DNA of 64,000 bases from Vulcanimicrobiota bacterium (GTDB lineage: Bacteria > Vulcanimicrobiota > Vulcanimicrobiia > Vulcanimicrobiales > Vulcanimicrobiaceae): assembly GCA_963833095.1 (NCBI GenBank), contig CAWHWQ010000001.1, positions 224,001 through 288,000 of the forward strand, read 5' to 3'. Under the pieces are notes generated by a model. The model had not been told where the DNA came from, did no database searches, and worked only from the letters and a program-made list of their open reading frames with translations. The position numbers and the translations under genes were made by a program. Of this stretch, positions 52,436-61,142 are shown in pieces; position 1 is the first letter of the stretch, and every line of letters begins with the position of its first letter.

Positions 52436-53649
52436 TTGAAGAGCTCGCCGCGATGCACGACCGCACGAGCGAGGTTGGCGCCGAACTGCCAGCCGAATTC
52501 GTCCGGCGAGTCGATCTGCAACGCGACAAAGTCGGCGCGTGCGCCAAGGCGTATCACGCCGGCATCCCTGCGCAACGAGCGCGCTGCCGCGCGTGTCACC
52601 CCGTACAGCGCTTCGGCGGCGGTCAATCCAAAGAGCGCCCGCCCGAAATAGGCGACCGTCTGAAGATTGAAGCACGGCGACGTACCAGGATTATAATCGC
52701 TCGCGAGCGCAACGTCGGCGCCGCGTTCGAGCAGCGCTCGCACCGGAGCTTTCTGCGCCAGCCCAAGATAGGCGATCGTGGCGGGGCACGCGACGGTCAC
52801 GATGCCGGCGTCGGCGATTGCGCGCACATCCTCGTCGCGAATACAGTTGCAGTGATCGACCGCGTCGACGCCAACCTCGACCGCCATCTCTGCCGCCGCG
52901 CCGAACGCCATCTCGTCGCAGTGGACGCGCAGACGCATCCCCGCCTCCGCGCATGCTTGTAAATACCGGCGCGTCTGTGCCGGTGAAAAGAATCCCGGTT
53001 CGCAAAAGGCATCAGCGTAGACGGCGCCATGGGCAACCGCGGTGGGGATCACCTGATCGATCAAGTAATCCACGTAGGCTTCTTCGCGCGTAAACTCCGG
53101 AGGTAGCGCGTGCGCGCCGAGAAATGTCGCGACCAAGTGGGGCACACCCGGATCGTCGCGATGGCGTGCGATCAGGTCGAGCAACGTATCCTCGCCGGGC
53201 TTATGCAACGCGTACCCGGTCTTGGTCTCGAGCGTCGTCGTCCCATGCGCAAGCATCGCGCCCAATCTGGGTCGCACGACGTCGTCGTAAAAGGCGTTGG
53301 GCTCGAGCAGCGCGTCCCGCGTATGCTCGACCGTGTAGAGCATACCGAGGGCCGGCTTTTCGCCGCGCAGGCGCGAAGCAAAGTCGGGCTCGCGATCGCC
53401 GGCGAAGAGCGGGTGCGCATGCGCATCCACAAAGCCCGGCACGATCACGGAGTCGCGCAGATCCAGCTCCTCGATATTACCGCGCAACGAACGTTCGACC
53501 TCGGCGCGCGGGCCCACCGCGGCGATACGCTCGCCATCGATGATGAGCGCGGCATCGTCGATGCGTCCGAGATCCTCGAACGTGACACCGTTCTGCGCGA
53601 CGTCGCCGTCGCACGTTACGATCGTCCTCGCGCGGACGAGCGTCAGCAC
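52432..53649 (-). CDS. hutI: Imidazolonepropionase
   Basis: PGFVDAHAHPLFAGDR, GTTTLETKTGY, TFLGAHA, DAFCE, ALASDYNPGTSP; GTG start 53649. Confidence 0.95.
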   Translation of the reverse strand: MLTLVRARTIVTCDGDVAQNGVTFEDLGRIDDAALIIDGERIAAVGPRAEVERSLRGNIEELDLRDSVIVPGFVDAHAHPLFAGDREPDFASRLRGEKPALGMLYTVEHTRDALLEPNAFYDDVVRPRLGAMLAHGTTTLETKTGYALHKPGEDTLLDLIARHRDDPGVPHLVATFLGAHALPPEFTREEAYVDYLIDQVIPTAVAHGAVYADAFCEPGFFSPAQTRRYLQACAEAGMRLRVHCDEMAFGAAAEMAVEVGVDAVDHCNCIRDEDVRAIADAGIVTVACPATIAYLGLAQKAPVRALLERGADVALASDYNPGTSPCFNLQTVAYFGRALFGLTAAEALYGVTRAAARSLRRDAGVIRLGARADFVALQIDSPDEFGWQFGANLARAVVHRGELFK

Positions 53650-53650
53650 G

Positions 53651-55312
53651 CTATAAACGCCAATCGATGCCTTGTTCGTCAGCGGTTTGGATCGCGAGGT
53701 CGTACCCGGCGTCGGCATGGCGGACGACCCCCATGCCGCAATCGGTAGTCAGTACGCACTGCAGTCGCTCTTGCGCGTCGGCCGACCCGTCGGCGACAAC
53801 AACCATACCCGCGTGCAGGCTATAGCCGATCCCGACGCCGCCGCCATGATGGAAACTGACCCAGTGCGCGCCGGCGGCAGTATTGAGCAGCGCGTTGAGG
53901 ATCGGCCAATCGGCGATCGCGTCGCTGCCGTCCTTCATCGCCTCGGTCTCGCGGTACGGCGACGCGACGCTACCGGTATCCAAATGATCGCGGCCGATCA
54001 CGATCGGCGCTTTGATCTCCCCGGAACGCACAAGTTCGTTGAAGCGCACACCGGCTTTGGCGCGATCGCCGTAGCCGAGCCAACAGATGCGAGCCGGCAA
54101 ACCTTGGAATGCAATGCGCTCCTGCGCGAGCTTGATCCAGCGCTGCAATCCGGCGTCGTTCGGAAAGAGCGCGAGCAACTCGCGATCGAGGCGCGCAATA
54201 TCGCTCGGGTCGCCCGAGAGCGCGGCGAACCGAAAGGGTCCGGATCCCTTGCAGAACAGTGGCCGTATGAACGCCGGGACGAAGCCGGGGAAATCGAAGG
54301 CGCGCGCGTAGCCGGCGCGCTGAGCTTGCGCGCGCAGATTATTGCCGTAGTCGAAGACGACCGCGCCCGCATCGAGAAACTGCACCATTGCGTCGACGTG
54401 TTTTCCGCAGCTCTCTAGTGCGCGGCGTTCGTATTCGTCCGGCGCGCTCACCCGCAAAGCAGCCGCTTCTTCGAGCGTCACACCTTCTGGAACGTAGCCG
54501 TTGACGAGATCGTGGGCGGAGGTTTGGTCGGTGACCGCATCGGGACGAAATCCCGACTTGTACAGTTCCCAGAACTCGGTAGCCGCGTTGCCTTCATAAC
54601 CCACGGAAATCGCCTCACCCGCCGCGCGCGCACGTTCGACTTCCTTCAGTGCCGCCTCGCGCGAATCGGCGACAACATCGAGATAGCGCAAATCGCGGCG
54701 GCGTTCGAGGCGCGAGCGGTCGACGTCGACGAGCAGCGCAATCCCTTCATTCATCGTGATCGCGAGCGGCTGCGCGCCGCCCATGCCACCGACGCCGGCC
54801 GTCAAACAGACGCGCCCTTTGAGCGAGCCGCCGAAGTGCTGACGAGCAAGCTCGGCAAATGTCTCGTACGTTCCTTGCACGATGCCTTGCGTGCCGATGT
54901 AAATCCATGAGCCCGCCGTCATCTGCCCGTACATCGTGAGACCTTGCGCTTCGAGTTCGCGGAAGATTTTCCAATCCGCCCACTTCGGGACGAGGTTCGA
55001 ATTGGCAAGCAGCACGCGCGGCGCGCGCTCGTGCGTCTTCCAAACTGCGACGGGCTTTCCGCTCTGCACGATCATCGTCTCGTCGTTTTTAAGACGGGTG
55101 AGCGTGCGCACCATCGCGTCAAACGCCGCCCATGAACGCGCGGCGCGGCCGTTGCCACCGTAGACCACCAAGTCGTCGGGCCGTTCAGCGACGTCGGGAT
55201 CGAGATTGTTGCAGAGCATGCGCAGCGCGGCTTCTTGCGGCCACCCTTGCGCGGTTAACTGTGTACCTCGTGCTGCCCGAACCACTCGCGGACCTGAGAT
55301 CGTCGTTGCCAT
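53651..55312 (-). CDS. hutU: Urocanate hydratase
   Basis: [51 protein letters not shown]. Confidence 0.98.
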   Translation of the reverse strand: MATTISGPRVVRAARGTQLTAQGWPQEAALRMLCNNLDPDVAERPDDLVVYGGNGRAARSWAAFDAMVRTLTRLKNDETMIVQSGKPVAVWKTHERAPRVLLANSNLVPKWADWKIFRELEAQGLTMYGQMTAGSWIYIGTQGIVQGTYETFAELARQHFGGSLKGRVCLTAGVGGMGGAQPLAITMNEGIALLVDVDRSRLERRRDLRYLDVVADSREAALKEVERARAAGEAISVGYEGNAATEFWELYKSGFRPDAVTDQTSAHDLVNGYVPEGVTLEEAAALRVSAPDEYERRALESCGKHVDAMVQFLDAGAVVFDYGNNLRAQAQRAGYARAFDFPGFVPAFIRPLFCKGSGPFRFAALSGDPSDIARLDRELLALFPNDAGLQRWIKLAQERIAFQGLPARICWLGYGDRAKAGVRFNELVRSGEIKAPIVIGRDHLDTGSVASPYRETEAMKDGSDAIADWPILNALLNTAAGAHWVSFHHGGGVGIGYSLHAGMVVVADGSADAQERLQCVLTTDCGMGVVRHADAGYDLAIQTADEQGIDWRL

Positions 55313-55322
55313 GCCTTGGGGT

Positions 55323-55435
55323 TTTGGGCCGGGGAACGTTGACCCTCGCTAAGCGCCTCGCGTCTCGGATACGCCTACATGGTCAGGGTCCTCGCCGCTT
55401 GGCTAACCCGCTCGGGCAAACGTCCCCGGCCCAAA
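55323..55435 (-). promoter_or_regulatory. Structured element immediately upstream of hutU (candidate cis-regulatory RNA)
   Basis: Imperfect IR at 55323-55349/55410-55435 enclosing two small hairpins; ends 10 nt before the hutU ATG. Confidence 0.5.
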
Positions 55436-55560
55436 TCTATAAGTTCCAGTGGCGGCAAAACTTCGAGCCTTCGGTCGCGAGACCGGTGCAGCCGTTCCCA
55501 CACCTCGTGGCGAGCCCGAGCGACCAAACGCGGCTCTCGGTGAATTCTTTCGAGGAGGGC

Positions 55561-55593
55561 TTGACCGTATTCGATATATCGAGTAACTTACTC
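55561..55593 (+). promoter_or_regulatory. Promoter of the wHTH-PadR pair with two overlapping palindromes
   Basis: TTGACC-17 bp-TAACTT; TCGATATATCGA (55571-55582) in the spacer; GAGTAA-C-TTACTC (55581-55593) over the -10. Confidence 0.7.
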
Positions 55594-55625
55594 GTAAGCA
55601 CGGCGACTATTCGAAAGGACCTCCA

Positions 55626-55853
55626 ATGGACTACGCCATCCTGGCAACCCTCTGGAACGGACCGGCGACCCTCCCCGAACTCGTTGGTGCCGTCTACGAC
55701 CGCATGGGCGGCCGCCCGGTCAGCCCCTCCCTCGTCGATAGCTATCTACGCCTGCTCGAGCGATTCGGGTTCATCGAGCGCTCGGCCGGCGATTTACCCT
55801 ACAAACTCGCGGAACGCGGCTCGGTCTACTTGGCCCACGCAGCGACCGCATAG
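55626..55853 (+). CDS. Small winged-helix (PadR-like) protein
   Basis: 75 aa; ILATLWNGP...L...SPSLVDSYLRLLERFGFIE...YKLAERG; AAAGGA RBS. Confidence 0.75.
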   Translation: MDYAILATLWNGPATLPELVGAVYDRMGGRPVSPSLVDSYLRLLERFGFIERSAGDLPYKLAERGSVYLAHAATA

Positions 55854-55867
55854 GAATAACAGCATCA

Positions 55868-56398
55868 ATGGACTTCCAATTTAGACACAGACACCACGGC
55901 TTCGAAGGCCACTTTGGACCCGGACGCGGCGGACGTCGCGGCGGATGGGGCGGCGGTCGCGGACGCGGCGACCTCAAGTACGAGATTCTCGAAGCGTTGA
56001 TCGAGGGCCCACGTCATGGTTACGACATTATGCTGACCATCGAACAAAAGCGCGGCGTGCGCCCAAGCCCCGGATCGATTTATCCGGCGTTGCAGATGCT
56101 CGAAGACGGCGACTTCGTTCGCGGTCAGGAGCGCGACGGTAAGCGCGTCTATGAAATTACCGACAAGGGCCGCGAACTGTTTGCTCAACGCGAGCCGGCC
56201 GAGGAAGGCCACGAGATGCCCTTCGGCAATCCCGCCTTTTACGCGACCGTCGCCGAAGCAATGCGCCAAGTGCATGGCATCAAAGATGCCGCCAAACAAA
56301 TTGCCAAGAGCGGGAACCTCGAGCTCTACAAAAAGGCCGTCGAGGTCCTCGATAAAGCGCGCCGCGAGCTCTTACACATCCTCGCGGATCACATCTAG
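55868..56398 (+). CDS. PadR family transcriptional regulator with His/Gly-rich N-terminus
   Basis: RGDLKYEILEAL..PRHGYDIM, PSPGSIYPALQMLED, KRVYEITDKG. Confidence 0.93.
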   Translation: MDFQFRHRHHGFEGHFGPGRGGRRGGWGGGRGRGDLKYEILEALIEGPRHGYDIMLTIEQKRGVRPSPGSIYPALQMLEDGDFVRGQERDGKRVYEITDKGRELFAQREPAEEGHEMPFGNPAFYATVAEAMRQVHGIKDAAKQIAKSGNLELYKKAVEVLDKARRELLHILADHI

Positions 56399-56411
56399 CG
56401 GATCACATCTA
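56384..56411 (+). repeat. 14-bp perfect tandem duplication at the PadR gene end
   Basis: GCGGATCACATCTA at 56384-56397 and 56398-56411. Confidence 0.9.
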
Positions 56412-56418
56412 AAGGAAC

Positions 56419-56442
56419 CCCGCGTGCTCTAAAGCACGCGGG
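56419..56442. terminator. Hairpin after the PadR gene (possible terminator, no U-tract)
   Basis: CCCGCGTGCT-ctaa-AGCACGCGGG. Confidence 0.45.
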
Positions 56443-56504
56443 AATGCGTGCGGCGCATGGAAAAGACAGCCAAGTCGCTACGCGACGGAAGGACGGATTT
56501 TCGT

Positions 56505-56885
56505 ATGATCAAGCGCCTTTCTATCGTGTTCCTTACAGCACTTGCGATCGTTTTTCCGCGGCCTGCATACCCCGGCACGTACCCGAGCATCGAGGTGGTG
56601 AACCAATCGCACCACTGTGCTTGGGTCACCTTCTACCACAAGGGCTACCTAAACGTCGATTGGACGATGCAAAAGAATCAGTGGTGGCCCGGTTTTCTCG
56701 GACCGGGATGGCATACCGGCTATGCCAGCACCAACTCGTGGCGAATGAAAGTGCTTGTCGAGATCATGCCCGGCATCGATCATTGCGGGGGCAGCCGCAT
56801 CGCCGCCGTGGATTTCATCACGGACGTGAACGGCGATAAGGTGTATCTGCGGCAGACAAACGGCCGCTGGACGCTCACTCGATAA
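56505..56885 (+). CDS. Small secreted hypothetical protein
   Basis: Signal peptide MIKRLSIVFLTALAIVF; beta-rich, Trp-rich, two Cys; GAAGGA RBS. Confidence 0.7.
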   Translation: MIKRLSIVFLTALAIVFPRPAYPGTYPSIEVVNQSHHCAWVTFYHKGYLNVDWTMQKNQWWPGFLGPGWHTGYASTNSWRMKVLVEIMPGIDHCGGSRIAAVDFITDVNGDKVYLRQTNGRWTLTR

Positions 56886-56962
56886 GGCACACATCAGACC
56901 CGGCCCGCTAGGACCGGAGGCTTTTTCAGCGATCTCTCAATAATTGCCGAGAAACTTCTTGG

Positions 56963-58576
56963 GTGCCAGAGCCGGAAGTCAAAGACTCCATTTTCCTACA
57001 CTGCGGGTGGCGTACGGCGGGAACATGGCTATGGTCACTGTTCCGGTCACGACCCGATGTGATGGCGTTTTACGAGCCTCTCAACGAATCACTCGCAACG
57101 GCAACGCTTCGCGACATTGCGGCGATGCGCCCAAGCGCCACCGACTCGAGACATCCTGACCCAGAACGCCCGTACTTCGGGGAATTCGCCCCGCTGATTC
57201 CAACACGGGGGTGCGGTGTTACAGGGTTTCCGGTTGGTCTCTCTTACGATCATTTTCTCGCCGGCCCGCAGACGAATCTCCCCGGCCTCGCAAGCTATCT
57301 CGACTCTCTGGTACGGTTCGCACGCGCCGACGGAAAGACGGCGGTGATGAAGCATTGCCGTACGCTTGGACGAGTTGCGTGGATGCGCAAACACTTTCCC
57401 AACGCGTGTCATATCGCGGTGGTACGCTCCCCGTGGGGTCAGTGGCTCTCGGGGTGGCGAATCTACAAGGCTTCCGGTAACGCGTACTTCATTACCAAGC
57501 CCCTAGAGATACTCGCGCTGTATCACGATCATCCGCTCTTCGCGCGTGCCTTGAAGGCGCTCCACATCTCACCCGAACTTTTGAACGGCGCCGTGAAAAG
57601 TGCGACCAGAAGGGGGTTAAGCCGGGCCGTTCCGGCCACGACGACACCTGACATATTCTATCGAGCCTTCCTCGCTTTTTGGATCAGCACGACCTACAGT
57701 ACGTTGTTGGACGTTGGAGACGTCATCGATTCGGATCGGCTGGGCGAATCGCAAGCCTATCGCCGTGAAACCGAGCAGATGATTCAGGTACGCAGCGGGT
57801 TAGCGATCGATCTTAGCAATGCGCATCCTCTCCCCGCCGCCGGGTCGGTTGTTGGAATATCGGGCGCCGATATCGAGCGTTGGCATACCGAAGCGATTTC
57901 AGCGCTGCCGGCCTTTGCCGAGGTCGATCGTACAATTTCAGAGGCGCATCATGCTACTGTTTCCGCGTTGATCCGGGCGAAGCTGGCTACGATCATATCC
58001 CTAACCCCGGATCGACCTGCCGTTCCGAGTAGCATCGTCTCCCGGGCGTCAAAGATCATGCGTTGGCCAATCCGGTATCGAGACGCCGTGAAACACGCCT
58101 CGAGCCGGTTCTGGTTCTGCATTGCTGCGGCGGTCATCGCGGCCGCGACCGCCGATCCTTTGGTCGAAGGCGTCTCGAACGCCGGCTGGCTTGGGCGGGG
58201 TTCGTACACCGACCATTCGAGTCTCATCGTCCTGCCTACGCTTGCCCTGGGCGCTATAGTTGTCGTGCTCTACTTAGTGACGCGTGTGCGCAGCGATCTG
58301 TCTCAGGGCTCCGAGGATGCGCTGCGCATGCCGGTCAGCCGTTTGCTCGTACCGATCTTCGGGTTGCAGCTCGCGCTGCTCGCGTCTATGGAGACGCTCG
58401 AACAGATCGTCGTTGCCGGCCACTCACTTGGCCGTACGGTTTGGCTGGGCGGCCCCATATGGTTCAGCCTAAGCGTCCACGCGGCGGTCTGCGTCGCCGT
58501 CAGTTTCGGTCTGGCGAAGGTGCTGCAGCCGTGGACGCGCACGACCGTGCGCATCATCCGGCACATGCGCGCGTAG
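56963..58576 (+). CDS. Sulfotransferase-fold protein in frame with a C-terminal multi-TM domain
   Basis: FLHCGWRTAGTWLW (5'-PSB-like), FYEPLNE, VVRSPWGQWLS (3'-PB-like); about four hydrophobic segments after ~58088. Confidence 0.7.
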   Translation: MPEPEVKDSIFLHCGWRTAGTWLWSLFRSRPDVMAFYEPLNESLATATLRDIAAMRPSATDSRHPDPERPYFGEFAPLIPTRGCGVTGFPVGLSYDHFLAGPQTNLPGLASYLDSLVRFARADGKTAVMKHCRTLGRVAWMRKHFPNACHIAVVRSPWGQWLSGWRIYKASGNAYFITKPLEILALYHDHPLFARALKALHISPELLNGAVKSATRRGLSRAVPATTTPDIFYRAFLAFWISTTYSTLLDVGDVIDSDRLGESQAYRRETEQMIQVRSGLAIDLSNAHPLPAAGSVVGISGADIERWHTEAISALPAFAEVDRTISEAHHATVSALIRAKLATIISLTPDRPAVPSSIVSRASKIMRWPIRYRDAVKHASSRFWFCIAAAVIAAATADPLVEGVSNAGWLGRGSYTDHSSLIVLPTLALGAIVVVLYLVTRVRSDLSQGSEDALRMPVSRLLVPIFGLQLALLASMETLEQIVVAGHSLGRTVWLGGPIWFSLSVHAAVCVAVSFGLAKVLQPWTRTTVRIIRHMRA

Positions 58577-58715
58577 CACGTGGCACTTCGAAAGCAGTGC
58601 TTGCGCCGTGATCGGCAGTCGCGTACGCGAACGCCGGTCGCGTGTCGCACGGTCGCGGCCGGATCGTTCATCTGACACGCTGCCATTCTTCCTCGATTTT
58701 CGAAAGAATCACGGG

Positions 58716-59261
58716 TTAGGGCAGGTCGGAAAGGTCGTCTACATCGGTATAGGGCCAAGCTTCCTCGATCGTCAGGGTGCGCCGTGTCAACCCGGGATGT
58801 TCGCGCACTTTGGAGATCGGCTCATTGTCCGCCAGCTTTGCGATCAGCGCACGAGCGCGTGCCGAAAAATAGACCGGATGTCCGGGCGTGCCGTCGGACC
58901 GCATGGGATGGACGACGTCGGCGTCCTCGGCCGCAGCGGCGACGTCGGCGACGTGATGTGGTTCGATCAGCAGCAGGTCGGCGGGAAGAACCAGGATCGG
59001 CCGTTCCGGTCCAATCGCATCGTTGGCGAGGCGAAGCGAGTGCGCCATTCCCCGTTCCGGCTCGCGATTGAGAACAGCATGCGTTCGTAGCGCGCGAGCA
59101 ACGGGCTGCGTCGCCTCGCTGCACACGACGACGGTATCAAAGGCGCCGGCGGCCCGGATCGCGCGTTCGACCAGCGTGTCGTTTTCCTCGAGCTTGTGAA
59201 GCAGCTTTTGCGATCCGAACCGTTTCGATTCCCCGGCCGCAAGCACAACGACGGTGAGCAC
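58716..59261 (-). CDS. MobA/MocA-like nucleotidyltransferase family protein
   Basis: VVLAAGESKRFGSQKLL, GMAHSL, LPADL, GHPVYF, DVDD. Confidence 0.88.
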   Translation of the reverse strand: MLTVVVLAAGESKRFGSQKLLHKLEENDTLVERAIRAAGAFDTVVVCSEATQPVARALRTHAVLNREPERGMAHSLRLANDAIGPERPILVLPADLLLIEPHHVADVAAAAEDADVVHPMRSDGTPGHPVYFSARARALIAKLADNEPISKVREHPGLTRRTLTIEEAWPYTDVDDLSDLP

Positions 59262-59266
59262 CGTTC

Positions 59267-60811
59267 TTACAACGGCTCGCCGATCGCCGCTTGCGCCGCA
59301 TGGACGAGCACGCCCGACGCGATGAGTTCGCGCGCCGCTTCAATATCCGGCGCGGGCACGCGATCGGTTGTCCATGGCGCGATGCGCGCTCGCGCGCATT
59401 CATAGGCAGCGTGCGTGCCGGCGCCCGACTTGAGCGGCCGGCGAAAATCCGTCGCAGCTAGCGCGCCGAGAAGCTCGCAGGCAAGCGCACCTTCCACGTT
59501 GTCGAGCACACGGACGAGATTGTTGGCTGAGGTCATGCCCATACTTACGTGGTCTTCCTGTCCAGCCGAGGTGGGAATTGAATCAACGCTCGAGGGCCAC
59601 GCCAAACCCTTGTTGTCGTTGACCAGCGCAGCCGCCGTATATTGCACGATCATCAGACCGGATTGCAAGCCCGAGCGCCCGGTGAGGAAGAGCGGCAGCC
59701 CGCGATCCTCGGCGTTGAGCAAGAGATAGAGACGCCGCTCGCCGATCGAAGCAAGCTCGCCGATCGCCATCTTGAGAAAATCGATCGCCAGCGCAATCGG
59801 TTCGCCATGAAAGTTTCCGCCCGAGAGAAATTCACCGTCCTCGGGAAAGACCAGAGGATTGTCGGTGACCGAGTTGGCTTCGGTTTGCGTTACGCTACGG
59901 GCATACGCGATCGCGTCGCGTACCGCACCATGCACGACGGGAATGCACCGGAACGAATACGGATCTTGAACGCGGCCGCACTCGCGATGCGAGAGCATAA
60001 TTTCTGAGCCGGCGAGCAACACCCGAAGATTTGCCGCGACGCGTCCTTGCCCCGGATGCGGGCGCAAGTCGTTGAGGCGCCGATCGAAAACGCGGTCAGT
60101 GCCCAAGAATGCTTCGAGCGACATCCCACCGATCACGTCGGCCGCCGCCGCCAAGCGTTGCGCCCGCAAGACTCCAAGCGCCGCAATGCCGGTCATGACT
60201 TGCGTTCCGTTAATTAGCGCGAGGCCTTCTTTGGGACCCAGCGTCACGGCGCGAAGGCCGGCGCGTTCCAGGGCAACTGCGCTGGGCAACCGCTCACCCT
60301 TAAAGATCGCCTCGCCTTCGCCGATCAGCGTCAGGGACATGTGCGCCAGCGGTGCGAGATCGCCACTCGCGCCCACCGAGCCTTGGCATGGAACCACCGG
60401 GGTGACACCGCGATTGAGCAGTTCGGCCAAGAGGTCGAGCGTCTCCAGCTTCACGCCCGAATGCCCGGCCGCGAGTGAGTTCACGCGTAACACGCCTGCC
60501 GCGCGCACCAAGCGCGCGTCGAGCGGCGCACCGGTTCCAGCTGCGTGCGACCGCACCAAATTTAACTGCAAGGCGGCAGCATCTGCGGGTTCGATTTGCA
60601 CGTTTGCCAGACGGCCGAAACCGGTCGTGACTCCGTAAATTGCATGTCCGCTTGCAAAACGCTCGTCGACGAACGCGCGCGCCCGGACGACGCGCTCGCG
60701 CGCAGCGGCCGCGATCGTGACCTGGGCACCGCCGGCGACGGCTTCAATTGCCTCGAGACTCAAGTGGCGGCCGTCGAGTTCGACCGGCTGCGCAAAGACC
60801 GTTTGTGACAT
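59267..60811 (-). CDS. hutH: Histidine ammonia-lyase
   Basis: YGVTTGFG, GSVGASGDLAPL (MIO), KEGLALINGT, VQDPYSFRC, SGGNFHG, QEDHVSMG. Confidence 0.97.
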   Translation of the reverse strand: MSQTVFAQPVELDGRHLSLEAIEAVAGGAQVTIAAAARERVVRARAFVDERFASGHAIYGVTTGFGRLANVQIEPADAAALQLNLVRSHAAGTGAPLDARLVRAAGVLRVNSLAAGHSGVKLETLDLLAELLNRGVTPVVPCQGSVGASGDLAPLAHMSLTLIGEGEAIFKGERLPSAVALERAGLRAVTLGPKEGLALINGTQVMTGIAALGVLRAQRLAAAADVIGGMSLEAFLGTDRVFDRRLNDLRPHPGQGRVAANLRVLLAGSEIMLSHRECGRVQDPYSFRCIPVVHGAVRDAIAYARSVTQTEANSVTDNPLVFPEDGEFLSGGNFHGEPIALAIDFLKMAIGELASIGERRLYLLLNAEDRGLPLFLTGRSGLQSGLMIVQYTAAALVNDNKGLAWPSSVDSIPTSAGQEDHVSMGMTSANNLVRVLDNVEGALACELLGALAATDFRRPLKSGAGTHAAYECARARIAPWTTDRVPAPDIEAARELIASGVLVHAAQAAIGEPL

Positions 60812-60829
60812 GGATCAAACGTACTTCCG

Positions 60830-60880
60830 AGTGGATAACCCGACGCCTGCCGTGCATAACCGCAAAAAACTTGTGGATAG
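60830..60880. promoter_or_regulatory. Array of three DnaA-box-like 9-mers at 21-bp spacing
   Basis: AGTGGATAA (60830), CGTGCATAA (60851), TGTGGATAG (60872); each has one mismatch to TGTGNAWAA (reverse complement of TTWTNCACA). Confidence 0.65.
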
Positions 60881-60905
60881 TATGTGGGTGAGCGCGCGCG
60901 TGCCC

Positions 60906-60934
60906 TTGAAGCGCCAAAGACGCGGTGCTACCAT
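60906..60934 (+). promoter_or_regulatory. Sigma70-type promoter firing into the hutH-WYL intergenic region
   Basis: TTGAAG-17 bp-TACCAT with TGn extension. Confidence 0.65.
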
Positions 60935-60940
60935 CACTTC

Positions 60941-61142
60941 ACTTCGAATTCATCGAAGGGCGACGCACGTATCGGTCGCGATCGAAAGCACTACGTGTGA
61001 TGGCTGCGCTGGTAGCCATCCCACGGCGACGATCGAACCGCCGTCGACGTCAGTTGGGCTCTCCCACCCGGGAGCCCGATAGGCGACCCCGGTGCGCGAA
61101 TACGTCGAAATCCGCTAGCTACACGCTAGCGGATTTTGTTTT
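60941..61142 (+). ncRNA. Candidate ~200-nt structured small RNA of unknown family
   Basis: Bounded by a promoter and an intrinsic terminator; hairpins at 60999-61020 and 61048-61085 contain G-U pairs valid only on the + strand; no credible ORF or RBS. Confidence 0.65.
61108..61142 (+). terminator. Intrinsic terminator (may also serve the convergent WYL gene)
   Basis: AAATCCGCTAGC-tacac-GCTAGCGGATTT followed by TGTTTT. Confidence 0.85.

Noticed and set aside
55323..55435. SRP (4.5S) RNA or tRNA
   Set aside because: GGTCAGGGTCC is not followed by the GGAAGGAAGCAGC helix-8 motif; there is no T-arm or acceptor stem despite a D-arm-like segment
55379..55543. 54-aa ORF MVRVLAAWLTRSGK...
   Set aside because: No RBS, Ser/Arg-biased composition typical of non-coding frames, and it overlaps the structured element
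60812..60940. Chromosomal replication origin
   Set aside because: Only three or four imperfect boxes, no AT-rich unwinding element, and no dnaA/dnaN nearby
61044..61108. HDV-like ribozyme (UCGACGU/ACGUCGA pairing preceded by GCGAAU)
   Set aside because: The required P1/P3/P1.1 nested pseudoknot order could not be built
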